Origin: an uncultured Verrucomicrobiae bacterium
GTDB taxonomy: Bacteria > Verrucomicrobiota > Verrucomicrobiia > Chthoniobacterales > Chthoniobacteraceae
Assembly: GCA_963769025.1 (NCBI GenBank)
Contig: CAVYKI010000003.1
Coordinates: forward strand, 928,001-992,000
Length of the DNA stretch: 64,000 nucleotides
Direction: 5' to 3'
Shown here: piece after piece, positions 32,273 through 42,330 of the stretch
Numbering within the stretch: position 1 is the first letter of the stretch
Layout of the letters: each line of letters opens with the position of its first letter
Notes under the pieces: generated by a model
Seen by the model: the letters and a program-made list of their open reading frames with translations, nothing else
Told to the model about the DNA's origin: nothing
The model's database searches: none
Translations under genes and position numbers: made by a program

Positions 32273-32950
32273 ATGAGAACCCGGCCATCAAGCGACAGTC
32301 CACAGACCGCATTTTCGCTTATCGAACTGCTCGTCGTGATCGCCATCATCGGCATCATCGGCGCGTTCGCGGTGCCCGCGGCGGGGAATCTTCTCAAGGG
32401 CTCCTCGCTCACGCAGGCCGCGAATCTCCTCACCGACCACACGGCTTCCGCCCGCCAGCAGGCGCTGACGAGGAACCGCACCGTCGAGGTGAGGTTTTAC
32501 AGCTTCATCGATCCCGAGCAGCCCGGGGAAACCACGCCCTACTTCCGCGCGCTTCAGTACTTTGAAATCGCAGAGGGTGGCATCCTGAACGCTGTCGGCA
32601 AAGTCGCGCGGTTTCCGGACACCGTCATCATGAGTTCGGACACGACGCTTTCGAGTCTCTTCGGTGCCCTCACCCCGACGAAGGCCGGCGCGAAAGACCC
32701 AGACCTGCCGCGCGGCGTGAAACAGAACTACTCTTACGTCACCCTCCGCTTCCAGCCCGACGGTTCCACTTCACTCTCCCAGACCGGTCCGACCACAGCC
32801 GGCGCGAACGGACAATGGTACATCACCGTCCACCTGCTGAACGACCTCGGACGTGCGACCGGCGGCAACCCTCCGCCGAACTTCTTCACTTGGATGATCG
32901 ATCCGGTGAGCGGGAGCACGAAGATCCTGCGGCCCGGTTTCAAAAAGTAA
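32273..32950 (+). CDS. Verru_Chthon cassette protein D (pilin-like, GspH/FimU-like)
   Basis: AFSLIELLVVIAII, ARQQAL.RNRTVEVRF, RFQPDGST and NFFT..IDPVSG. Confidence 0.88.
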   Translation: MRTRPSSDSPQTAFSLIELLVVIAIIGIIGAFAVPAAGNLLKGSSLTQAANLLTDHTASARQQALTRNRTVEVRFYSFIDPEQPGETTPYFRALQYFEIAEGGILNAVGKVARFPDTVIMSSDTTLSSLFGALTPTKAGAKDPDLPRGVKQNYSYVTLRFQPDGSTSLSQTGPTTAGANGQWYITVHLLNDLGRATGGNPPPNFFTWMIDPVSGSTKILRPGFKK

Positions 32951-32967
32951 CACCGGGCCTCAACCGC

Positions 32968-33597
32968 TTACGGGAGCGGCTTGATGAGGATGCTCTTGTA
33001 GTGCACCTCGCTGATTGGGTCATGCCCCTGGAGGGCGATCGTGCCGTGGCTGATCATCCGGCCCGGCATGCCCTTCGGCGGCGTCCAGTCTTCCGGCTGC
33101 GTGAAATCGCTGATCACCTTGCCGTTCACCTTCGTGACGATGCGCTTGCCCTCCACCTTGATCTCCATCGTGAACCACTCGTCGTCCTTCGCCGGCGCGG
33201 TGAAATTATCCTGCACCGCATACACGCCCGCGGTCTTCTTTGGATCCTTGTGCGTGTTGTTCACCTGGATTTCGTAGCCCTTCGACGGCCAGCCGGTGTC
33301 CTGGAACTCGGTGTGGATATAGACGCCCGAGTTCGCGCCGGGCTTCGTGAGGATCTCCAGCTTCAGCTCGAAGTTCTTGAAGTCGTGGTTCTGCACCGGG
33401 CCGTCGTAAAAAAGGTGCGAGCGGTCGCCCTTCACGATGAGAATCCCGTCCTTCACCGAGAATGTGCCGGGCTTGTCGTTGGACTTCCACCCGTCGAGCG
33501 ACTTGCCGTCGAAAAGTGGGATCCAGCCGTCCTTGTCGGCAGCAAGGGAGACGGCGGCGAGGCTGAGTGCGAGGCAGGAAATGAGGAGGGTTTTCAT
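32968..33597 (-). CDS. DUF1080 / 3-keto-disaccharide hydrolase family protein
   Basis: GWIPLFDGKSLDGW, NSGVY, GYEIQ and GTIALQGHD, with a signal peptide. Confidence 0.92.
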   Translation of the reverse strand: MKTLLISCLALSLAAVSLAADKDGWIPLFDGKSLDGWKSNDKPGTFSVKDGILIVKGDRSHLFYDGPVQNHDFKNFELKLEILTKPGANSGVYIHTEFQDTGWPSKGYEIQVNNTHKDPKKTAGVYAVQDNFTAPAKDDEWFTMEIKVEGKRIVTKVNGKVISDFTQPEDWTPPKGMPGRMISHGTIALQGHDPISEVHYKSILIKPLP

Positions 33598-33681
33598 CGG
33601 AGGGCGACGCTAGCAGGCCGGATCGCGCGAGGTCAACGCCCGTAGCCCGAGGTGGAAAACTGGGTCCCCCTTCGCGCCCTC

Positions 33682-34410
33682 TCAGTGGGCTTCCAGGTAG
33701 GACTCCCACTCCGGCGGCAGCGGCGCGCTCTCAACGCCATCGGCGATGCGGCCTTCAAACTCCGGGTTGAACTGCGTGGTCGTGCCGTAAACCATCACCG
33801 CATCCCGCGCGCCCTCGGCGCGCAGCGCGTGCGCGACACCGGCAGGGATCACCACGCCCGCGTTGTTCGCCCCGCGCTGGTCGTCGCCCTCGATGATGAA
33901 GCGCATCACCTTCCTCGGCATCCCCGCGCGCTCGTCCACGAAGATCATCTCCACATTTCCCTCGATGAAGAACATCGCGTCCCACTGCTCGCGGTCGTAC
34001 GGGCGGAGCGAGAAATTCTTTGGCTCATCGATGAACAGCCGGCGGAACCAGTCCTCAGCCTTCGTCCCGTCCGGGATGTGCGGCGGATGGATGTGGAAAC
34101 CCTTCGCGGTGCCCGCGAACATGCGCGCCGTCGCCCACTGCCGCGGCCACAGCCCGATGGCGTGCAGCGGCCCTTCGCCCTCGCGCGCGAACTCGCCGAA
34201 GAAGCCGCGATGCCGCTGCGGGAAAATCCGCCTGCCGAAAATCTCCACGCCGGGAATCCACGCCGCCTCGAGTTCCGCGCGCTTCGCGATCGCCTCGCCG
34301 GCCTCGATGCCAGTGGTGCCGAGGCGTTCCGCCGGGGATTTCTGCGAGTAGTCGCGCTGCCCGAGGCGCGCGGCAGCGATGGGATTCAGGCCTTTCCAGA
34401 GTGGATTCAT
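33682..34410 (-). CDS. RmlC-like cupin (dTDP-4-dehydrorhamnose 3,5-epimerase-like)
   Basis: IPGVEI, RGFFGE, KGFHIH and IPAGVAHAL. Confidence 0.7.
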   Translation of the reverse strand: MNPLWKGLNPIAAARLGQRDYSQKSPAERLGTTGIEAGEAIAKRAELEAAWIPGVEIFGRRIFPQRHRGFFGEFAREGEGPLHAIGLWPRQWATARMFAGTAKGFHIHPPHIPDGTKAEDWFRRLFIDEPKNFSLRPYDREQWDAMFFIEGNVEMIFVDERAGMPRKVMRFIIEGDDQRGANNAGVVIPAGVAHALRAEGARDAVMVYGTTTQFNPEFEGRIADGVESAPLPPEWESYLEAH

Positions 34411-34458
34411 GCCCCGTGAAGTTACGCGGCGGGCAGGCGCGAGTCGAGCGCAGCGAAA

Positions 34459-35954
34459 TCAAAAGCAACCCGCGCGCAGATCCCGGAACGCCGCACTCAG
34501 AAAATCGAGCATGCGCGAAGGCGTCAGCGATTCCACGCTCTCGCCTCCGTGCGAGATTGCGAGTTCACTCGCGCGCCCGCACAGCCATGCACCGAGCCGC
34601 GCGGCGTCGAAGGGCCGCACATGCTGGCCGATGAGTGCGGCGATGACTCCCGTAAGCACATCACCCATCCCGCCGACCGCCATCCCCGGCGTGCCCGTGG
34701 TGTTGAAACTCAGCTGTTCGCCCACCTTCCCGACGAGCGTCCGCGCGCCCTTCAGCAGCAGCGTCGAAGGATATCGTTGCGTGAATGCAGCCACCGTCTC
34801 CCGGCGCGGACGCTTGATCGACCCGGGAGCCAGCCGCTCCATCTCGCCGGGATGCGGCGTGAGCACGCGTTCCCCCGCAGCTTCGCCGAGCGCCTCGCAC
34901 ATCGGCGGAAATCGCATTCAGTCCGTCCGCATCGAGCACGAGAGGCTGCGCAAGCTTCCGGACCAATGCGGCGACATCCACCGGCGGATGCGCGCCGAGA
35001 CCGGGGCCAATCGCAAAAACGTCGTGCTGCTGCTCCAGCAATTCCTCCAGCACGGGTAGCGGTCGCACCATCACCTCCGGCGCGGCCTTCACCGCGAGCG
35101 AGTCCGCGACATCGCGCGGCGCATAAAGTGTCACGAGCCCCGCGCCCGCGCGCACACAGGCCGCCGAGCACAGCACCGCCGCACCGAGGTAGCCGCGCGA
35201 TCCTGCGACGATTCCGACGCGCCCGAAGTCTCCTTTGTGCGTGTCGAAATCGCGCCGCGGGAGCAACGGCGCGAGCGCATCCGGGGTCGCCACCGCTGCG
35301 TCCGCGTCAGTGGCGTCGAGCCGCCTGGTGAGTTCCGCGCAGCGGCAGAACGCTCAGGCGGCCGGTGAAATTCGCCGCCGCATCCGCGACGAGTCCGCAT
35401 TTCGCGAAGCCGACGGACAGCGTGTGATCCGCCACGACACACGCCGGGTCGGCCTCGCCGGTGTCGCCATTCAGCCCGGTGGGAATGTCGAGCGCGAACA
35501 CCGTCGCATTGCTGCCGCGTCGCCGTTGGTTGATGGCGCGCGTGATTCCGCTCAGCGGGTCGCGCAGCCCTCCTTTCGCGCCGATGCCGAGGAGTCCGTC
35601 GAGCACCACGAGCGGCTCGCCGGGGATCGATGCAAGCTGCCCGATCTCCGCACGCCGGCACCCCGCGGCGGCGGCAAATTTCGCCTTCGGCAGCGCGCCC
35701 CACTCCGCATCGGGATATGCCGCGACCAGGCGGACATCCCAATCCCACAGCGCGAGGTGCCTCGCGGCGACGAGCGCATCACCGCCATTGTTCCCTTTTC
35801 CAAACACCGCGACGCAGACGCCAGGCCTCGGAAAAAACTGGCGCACCGCGCGCGCGATTTGCAGGCCGGCCTCCTCCATCAGCGCATCCGCCGACACGCC
35901 TTCGGCGAATGCCCGCTCCTCGAGGGCTTTCATCGCGGCACAGGTGAGGATCAT
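34459..35954 (-). CDS. nnr: Bifunctional NAD(P)H-hydrate epimerase/dehydratase (YjeF), frameshifted
   Basis: GKGNNGGD, DGLLGIG, ALDIPTG, HKGDFG, GPGLG, VLDADGL, LTPHPGEM and GGMGDVLTG, across three pieces. Confidence 0.92.
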
Positions 35955-35982
35955 CGCGTGGGTGGCCGCCTTCGGCGAAAGT

Positions 35983-36624
35983 TCAGCGATAGCGCGAGAT
36001 GATCACGGACGCGACCGCATCGGCCAGCCGCTGGCGATACGAGGAGGAGGCGACGCGCGATGCCTCGCCGCGATTGGTGAGAAAACCGAGCTCGCAGAGC
36101 ACCGCGGGAAACCGCGTTTGCCGCAGCACGTAGAACGGCCTCGATCGGCAGAAGCGCGCCGGGGCTCCGGTGGCAGAGACGACCTTTTTGAGGATCGCGT
36201 CGGCCAGCCGTCCGCCTTCACGGCTGTTGTAGTAGTAGATTTCGATCCCGGTCGCGTCCTTGTTCGGTGCGCCGTTGAAGTGGATGCTCACGAACACGGC
36301 CTTCGACTGCGCGTTGGCGATCCTGCACCGATCCCCGAGCGTGACGTAGTAATCGCCCTTCCGCGTCATCACCGTGCGCAGCCCTGCCTTGCGCAGTGCG
36401 ACATCGAGCCGCTTTGCCACGTCGAGTGCGTAGCCCTTCTCCGGCACGCGCTGTCCCGGCATGCCGCCACGGTCGTGGCCGCCGTGGCCCGCATCGACCA
36501 CGATGACCGGCGCAGCGGAGGCCATGCATGCGAGAAAAAGCAGCGCGGCGAGGCTGGCGACCACCATCGCGAAAGCCGGGCGAAACTTCCGCTTGGCAGC
36601 GGGCGGTACTTTGGTAGTTTCCAC
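35983..36624 (-). CDS. N-acetylmuramoyl-L-alanine amidase (Amidase_3)
   Basis: VVDAGHGGHD, EK, FVSIHFN and PAVLCELGFLTN. The start is either GTG 36624 or ATG 36567. Confidence 0.9.
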   Translation of the reverse strand: METTKVPPAAKRKFRPAFAMVVASLAALLFLACMASAAPVIVVDAGHGGHDRGGMPGQRVPEKGYALDVAKRLDVALRKAGLRTVMTRKGDYYVTLGDRCRIANAQSKAVFVSIHFNGAPNKDATGIEIYYYNSREGGRLADAILKKVVSATGAPARFCRSRPFYVLRQTRFPAVLCELGFLTNRGEASRVASSSYRQRLADAVASVIISRYR

Positions 36625-36634
36625 GGCCCTGAAC

Positions 36635-36710
36635 GGTGGCTGTAGCTCAATGGTAGAGCTCCAGATTGTGGTTCTGGCTGTTGCGGGTTCGAGTCCCGTC
36701 AGCCACCCCA
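36635..36710 (+). tRNA. tRNA-His (GTG)
   Basis: Cloverleaf with G-1, acceptor stem GTGGCTG/CAGCCAC, anticodon arm CCAGA-TTGTGGT-TCTGG, T loop TTCGAGT and encoded CCA. Confidence 0.97.
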
Positions 36711-36759
36711 GGTTTTCTTTTGCGTGCCGTGGAATCATCGGTGAGGTCCGCGGCGCCGC

Positions 36760-37887
36760 CTATCGCGACCAGGTCGGCTCCGAGATTTTTCCCGCGCCGC
36801 TCACGAGCGTCGTGCGCGTGCCGGTCTGCGTGTCGAACAGCACCAGCGAGCTGCCGGAGGCAAAGACGAGATGCCGCGAATTTGCGCCCCACACCGGGCC
36901 TTCGCCATCTCCCACCGTGCGCACGGCGCCGCCCTGCAGGTCGAGGATCGCGACCGCAAACGAGCCGCCACTGCGCGTGTTGAAGGCGACCTTTTTGCCG
37001 TCAGGCGACCAGCTCGGCGCGGTGTTGTAGCCGAAGCCCGTCGAGAGCCTCGTCGGCGTGCCGCCGGAGGCGGACACGCGGTAGAGCTGCGGCGAGCCGC
37101 CCTCGTCGCTGCTGTAGATGAGTTCGTTGCCGTCCGGCGACCACGTCGGCGAACTTTCCACGCCGGCCGTGCGCGTGATGCGTCTCGGCGAGCCGCCGGC
37201 GGAGCCGGTCACGTAGATTTCCGGGTTGCCGTCCTTGCTCAGCGTCACCGCGAGGCGTCCGCCGTCGGGGGAAAATTTCGCGCCGCTGTTCGTGCCGGGA
37301 TATTTCAGCACGCGCGTCCGCGAACCGCTGCCGAGCGAGATGCGGTACACGTCCGCGTAACCGCTCTGGTAGCCGGTATAGACGAGCGACTGGCCGTCCG
37401 GGCTCATGCCGGGCGAAACGCTGATCGAGCCGTCATGCGTGAGCTGCACGAGGTTCGAGCCGTCGGCGTCGCAGGTGTAGATTTCCTTTTTCCCGGTCCG
37501 CGTGCCGACGAATGCGAGCTTCGTGGAAGCGATTCCGCGCGCGCCGGTGAGCGCCGCGGTGATGTCGTCGGCAAAGTGATGGATCGCCGTGCGCCCGCCG
37601 CCCCCGTAACTTTTCGAGAGCGCGGTCTTCCCCTCGCGATCCACCACCGTCCCGCGCAATTCGCCGGCCGACGTGGCATTCGCAGTGAACTGCGCCTGGT
37701 CGGCGGGCGTGACGGTGAAATACCCCGAGTTCACGAGGTCGCGCCGCAGCGTCTCGAGGTCGCCGCCGGCGAGCCCGGTGATGGCGATGTTCAGCTTGGT
37801 GCTCTTGACGATTCGGATCTTCGGTTCGTCCTGTGCGAACACGAGTGCGGGAAGCAGGAGAAGGAGTGCGGCGATGGTGGATTTCAT
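36760..37887 (-). CDS. tolB: TolB-like beta-propeller protein
   Basis: Signal peptide, PD40 repeats (SPDG, WSPDG) and a C-terminal EPTWSR. Confidence 0.9.
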   Translation of the reverse strand: MKSTIAALLLLLPALVFAQDEPKIRIVKSTKLNIAITGLAGGDLETLRRDLVNSGYFTVTPADQAQFTANATSAGELRGTVVDREGKTALSKSYGGGGRTAIHHFADDITAALTGARGIASTKLAFVGTRTGKKEIYTCDADGSNLVQLTHDGSISVSPGMSPDGQSLVYTGYQSGYADVYRISLGSGSRTRVLKYPGTNSGAKFSPDGGRLAVTLSKDGNPEIYVTGSAGGSPRRITRTAGVESSPTWSPDGNELIYSSDEGGSPQLYRVSASGGTPTRLSTGFGYNTAPSWSPDGKKVAFNTRSGGSFAVAILDLQGGAVRTVGDGEGPVWGANSRHLVFASGSSLVLFDTQTGTRTTLVSGAGKISEPTWSR

Positions 37888-37927
37888 GCGGGAAAAATGG
37901 TCGGATGTGTTTTGCAACGGACGGGGC

Positions 37928-38917
37928 TCAGAGTTCGAGGATGAACGCAACCAATTCGTCGAGCACCCCGTTCTTCAAAATTTCGGCCGGCGGGCGCTCG
38001 ACCTTTTTCACGCGCAGGAGCGCCTGCTCGATGGACTGGTCCACCTCGAGATTCCCGGTCGGCTTCACGAGCCTGAGCGACTCCACCGTTCCGTCCGCCG
38101 AGGCGCGCAGCCGCACGTGCGCCTCCACCTCGCGGCCGCTGCGGACGACGGTGAGCGGCTGCTCCCATTCGCGGTGAAACTGCTGCTCCACCTTCTTGAA
38201 ATAGCCGAGCAGCAGCGCCGCCGATCCGCCGGGCGCGCCGGGGCCGCCCTTCGTGCCGGCATTCGTCGCATCGCCGGCGCCGGAAGGCGCATTGCCCTTG
38301 CCGGTCCCGGCACCATCCGGCTTTGCGGCGGCGTCAGTGATCTTCGGCGCGGCGGCCTTCGCGCCGGGGCGCGGCGTGGCGACCTTGGCGACGTTCGCCG
38401 TGGACGCGGGTTTTGCGGTCGCGGCTTTGGCGACCGCGGGTTTCGTCGGCGTGGCGGTGGGCTTTGGCTTGGGCTTCGGCGTCGCCGTCGGCGCTGGCGT
38501 GGTTTTCTTCGGCGTGGGCGTCGCGGTGGGTCTTGGACGGGGTGTCGGTGTGGGCGTTGGCGTCGGCTTCACCATTGCGATGTCTTCGAGCTCCTTCGGC
38601 GCGGGCAACGGTTCCGGGGTGGGTTCCGGCGGCGGATCGGGCAGGAGCGGGGGCAGAATCTGCGGCTCCGGCGTTTTTCCCGTGGGCGAGGTGTCGCCGC
38701 TTTCGGGCAGCGCGAGCACGGCGGCGGAACCGAGTTCGCCACCGCCGTCGAGCCACGTGATCGGCTCCGGCACGTGGCGCTTGAAAAACAGCCGCCCGCC
38801 CACCCACACGAGCAGGATGACCACGACGTGCGCGCCGAGCACGCGCAGGAAATTCCTTCTGAAACTCCCCTCCTCCTCACCCGACAGCGACAGCCGTTCG
38901 TTGCGCATCGGCGTCAC
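37928..38917 (-). CDS. TolA/TonB-family protein
   Basis: N-terminal TM with His, a Pro/Thr/Lys-rich linker and a TonB_C-like domain. Confidence 0.85.
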   Translation of the reverse strand: MTPMRNERLSLSGEEEGSFRRNFLRVLGAHVVVILLVWVGGRLFFKRHVPEPITWLDGGGELGSAAVLALPESGDTSPTGKTPEPQILPPLLPDPPPEPTPEPLPAPKELEDIAMVKPTPTPTPTPRPRPTATPTPKKTTPAPTATPKPKPKPTATPTKPAVAKAATAKPASTANVAKVATPRPGAKAAAPKITDAAAKPDGAGTGKGNAPSGAGDATNAGTKGGPGAPGGSAALLLGYFKKVEQQFHREWEQPLTVVRSGREVEAHVRLRASADGTVESLRLVKPTGNLEVDQSIEQALLRVKKVERPPAEILKNGVLDELVAFILEL

Positions 38918-39327
38918 TCCTTCGATGTCTGCACAAAGCCGACACGCTTCACTCCGGCGTGCTTCACCGCGTCGAGCACCTCGGAAAATTTCTGCACCGG
39001 CAGGTCGCGATGCGTGCGGATGAGCACGCCGAGATCCGGCTGCGCTTCGCGCGCGGCGGCGAGTTTCGCGGCGAGGGCATCGAGCGTCACGGGCTGCTCG
39101 TTGAACGTGATCGCCCCGTCGGCGTGGATGGAGACCGTGCGGACCGTCTCCATGTTCACCGGCTCCTTCGCCGCCTCGCCGCTCGGCAGCACGAGGTCGG
39201 TGCTGTTTTCCATGAGCGGCGTGGTGATCATGAAAATGATCAGCAGCACGAAGGCGAGGTCGAGCAGCGGCGTCACGTTCAGCTCGCTGAGCGTCTGAAG
39301 CTGGTGGCGGTCGGAAAAACGGCGCAT
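38914..39327 (-). CDS. ExbD/TolR-family protein
   Basis: ELNVTPLLDLAFVLLIIFMIT. Confidence 0.93.
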   Translation of the reverse strand: MRRFSDRHQLQTLSELNVTPLLDLAFVLLIIFMITTPLMENSTDLVLPSGEAAKEPVNMETVRTVSIHADGAITFNEQPVTLDALAAKLAAAREAQPDLGVLIRTHRDLPVQKFSEVLDAVKHAGVKRVGFVQTSKE

Positions 39328-39331
39328 GGCG

Positions 39332-40119
39332 TCAGGGCAGGCGGCGGCGTTCGCTGTGGTCCACGTATTTGTGCTCGATGGCGCTGGAGAGCTCCGCGCC
39401 GAAGTTGTCCAGCTCGACGATCATCCCGCGCAGCGTGGTGATGAGCCAGTTGTAGCCGAACATCGCGGGGATCGCGACGAGCAGGCCGGTCACCGTCGTG
39501 ATGAGCGCGGCGGAGACGCCCGGCGCCATCGCGGCGAGGTTCGCCTTTCCGGCGGTCGCCACGTCGCTGAAGGTGTCCATCACGCCCCACACCGTGCCGA
39601 GCAGGCCGAGGAAGGGCGCGCCGCTCACGGCGGTCGAGAGCAGGACCATCTGCGCTTCGAGCTTCAGCGCAGGTCTCGCCCACGCAGCGTTCCATCGCGG
39701 TCTGCACCATGCGCATCTGCGCGGGGGAAATCCGCGGCGCGGTCTCCAGGCGCTGCGGCGAAGGTCTCATCCACCTCCGCGGAGCCGAGCATCTGGAAGC
39801 TCAGCTCGCGGCATCCGGCCTGGTACACGGCAAAGACCGGTGCCCCGGCGAAACGCGCGCCGCTCTGGTACAGGCTCAGCGGCTGGCGGTCGGCGCGGAA
39901 GGCGTCGAGGAAATCCATCCGCCGATCCTTCGCGCGGTTCAGCATGCGGAACTTGGTGATCATCACCGTCCATGAGAGCACCGACGCGAGGAAAAGGGCG
40001 ACCAGGACGACGAGGCCGGGGATCGTGGAGTTTTCGAGCGCATAGATGAGCCCGCCGCCCTCGGCCAGAAACTGCGGTGGAAGAAACACGAACGAAATCA
40101 CGCGCGCCGTCGGTAACAC
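39332..40119 (-). CDS. MotA/TolQ/ExbB proton channel protein (frameshifted)
   Basis: APFLGLLGTVWGVM and APGVSAALITTVTGLLVAIPA. Confidence 0.9.
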
Positions 40120-40158
40120 AACGATCCGCCCTCGGCAAACGCTGTCTGCCTCGCGCCC

Positions 40159-41548
40159 CTACCGCCGGTGCAGGCCGCCGGTGAGCTTGAAGACGGCGAT
40201 CAGGATTCCGTAGATCACCGTGCCGATGACCAGCGCGATCATCACCATCACGATCGGCGGGATGAGCGTGCTCACCACCTTCACCTGCTTGTCCAGCTCG
40301 CGCTCGTACACGTCGGCGATGAGGTTCATCGTGTCGGGGAATTTCCCCGTCTGCTCGCCCACGCTCATCATGTCCACGAACATGTCCGGGAAGATTTTCT
40401 GCTGCGAGAGCGCGGCGGAGAGCGTCGCGCCGTCCACCACCGCCGCGCGCACCTGCACCATGCGCAGGCGGATGTATTCGTTCCCGGCGATGTCCTCGAG
40501 CAGGTCGAGCGCGCGCAGCAGCGTCACGCCGTTCGCGGTCAGCGTGCCGAGCGTGCGGGCGAACTGCGCGTACAGCCGGTAGCGCGGGATGCGGCTGAAC
40601 ACCGGCACCGTCCATTTGAACCGCCCCCACGTCACGCGCCCCGCGGGCGTCGCGATGAATCCGCGGAAGAGCACGTATGCCCCGGCGATCCCGGCGAGCG
40701 CGATCCACCAGAACTGCATGATCGTGTTGTTCAGGTCGATCAGCAGCCGCGTCACCGTCGGCAGCTTCGCGCCGGTGTCTTTGAAAAACGCGGTGAGCTG
40801 CGGCACCATCACGTTCATGAAAACGAGGATCAGCGCGATGCCGATGATGATGAGGACGGCCGGGTAAAGCAGCGCCTGCTGCACGCTGTCGCGCATCGCC
40901 TTCACCTCGCCGATGTGGATCGTGAGCCGCCGCAGGATCGTGGACAGCGAGCCGGACGCCTCGCCCGCGGAGACCATGTTCACGTAGAGCGGGGAAAAGA
41001 CGCGGGGAAAATCGCGCATCGCCTGCGAGAGGCTGCCTCCATCCACCAGCGACTGGTGGAGCGACTTCGAGAGCGCCTGGAGCTTCACGTGCTTGAGGCG
41101 CTTTTCGAGGACGTTCAGCGCCTCGTCCAAGGTCATGCCCGGCGTTCAGCAGATGCGCGAGCTGCTCGCTGAAGAGATACTGCTGCGCGTACGTCAGCTT
41201 CATCGAGCTGCTCGCCGGCGCGACGCCCCCGCCCTTGGCCGGCTTGCCCGCATTGCGCGGCGCGGGCTTCGCGGGCTGGGCGTCGGGTTTCGTCGCGAGG
41301 GTCTTGGAAGCGGAAGTCTCCTTGCCGCCGTTCGCGCCGCCCTTTTGCTGGGGTGCCGCCGCGGACGTGGCGGCGAGCTGCTTCGCGGCGGGAGCCGGCT
41401 TTGCGCCGGCCTCGACGGGCTGGACGCGGATGGGCACGAAGCGCTTCTGCTCGACCTGCGCGATCGCCGCCGCGCGGTCGTTGGCCATCACGGTGCCATC
41501 CACGAGCTGCCCCTGGGCGTTGCGCGCGCTGTATCGGAATTCAGGCAT
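40159..41548 (-). CDS. Type II secretion F / PilC platform protein (frameshift near 41140)
   Basis: MPEFRYSARN, GEASGSL, YPAVL and GEQTG, with an Ala/Lys-rich N-terminal insert. Confidence 0.9.
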
Positions 41549-41680
41549 GAGTCATTGCGGCCCTCTGAAGCTCAAAGGCAACCGCGAAGGCTTGCGGCCC
41601 CGCATGGCGGGGGGAGAGGCGGCGGCGGAAGCACGTCCCGTGACGCACGGGGCGGTTCGCTGCGCAGGTGAGGCGACGGT

Positions 41681-41974
41681 TCATCGGCGTCGAATACCCA
41701 GAGGTGGATACCTCCGGTGATGTCTTACAACCAGAATCCGCACCGAATCGCCGACAATCCGAAACAGAAAATGGTAAGGGAAGCGATACAGGTTGGCGCG
41801 CCGAAGATCGCGTACGCGGACGGAAAACGCTTCGGGCCGCTCCGCCGCCTCCAACAGGAAGCGCCGCAACTCGCTGTAGAAATCGTCCGCAAGCTCCGGG
41901 TTGGCGACTCGCTCGTAATACTCCATGATCGCTTGGACATCGGAGCGGACCTTCGGATGCAGGACAACCCGCAT
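41681..41974 (-). CDS. RelE/ParE-family toxin
   Basis: MRVVLHPKVRSDVQAIMEYY...RRANLYRFPYHFLFRI...ILVVRHHRR. Confidence 0.9.
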   Translation of the reverse strand: MRVVLHPKVRSDVQAIMEYYERVANPELADDFYSELRRFLLEAAERPEAFSVRVRDLRRANLYRFPYHFLFRIVGDSVRILVVRHHRRYPPLGIRRR

Positions 41975-42197
41975 CAGGGTCGGCGAGCACTGATCTGCTG
42001 GTCGAGTTGCTCCAGGGTGATGCCCATATCGGGATTCGCGTCGAACTCGGGCATCACGGCGCAATGCTTCCGCAATGCCCTCGTCTTCGTCGTCGAGGAC
42101 GGACGGAAGTGATCGGAGCAGGTGGACTGCGAGGACGGCCCGCTGGGAATCGGGCAGGTCCAATGCGGAGTTTTTCGACTTCGGTGATGGTGGCCAT
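41974..42197 (-). CDS. Addiction-module antitoxin (TIGR02574-like), frameshifted
   Basis: MATITEVEK(LA)LDLPDSQRAVLAVHLLRSL...EALRRD. Its stop overlaps the toxin start as TGATG. Confidence 0.8.
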
Positions 42198-42272
42198 GGC
42201 GGGAGTGTAACGCGGGGTGATTTCAGGGCAAGCGCGCGAAGTCGCCTGCCACCCGGATTGCGGTGCCCTCTG

Positions 42273-42314
42273 GAAGCACAAAGGCAAGCCCGAAGGCTTG
42301 CCTTTGCCTGCTTC
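42273..42314 (-). terminator. Hairpin terminator after the PEP-CTERM gene
   Basis: 12-bp stem caaaggcaagcc/ggcttgcctttg with a UUCG loop on the minus strand. Confidence 0.7.
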
Positions 42315-42330
42315 AAAATGAAGGCCGTCG

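Noticed and set aside
36635..36760. tRNA-His as an integration site for a genomic island
   Set aside because: There is no integrase, I saw no duplicated tRNA 3' end, and the flanking genes are core envelope genes.
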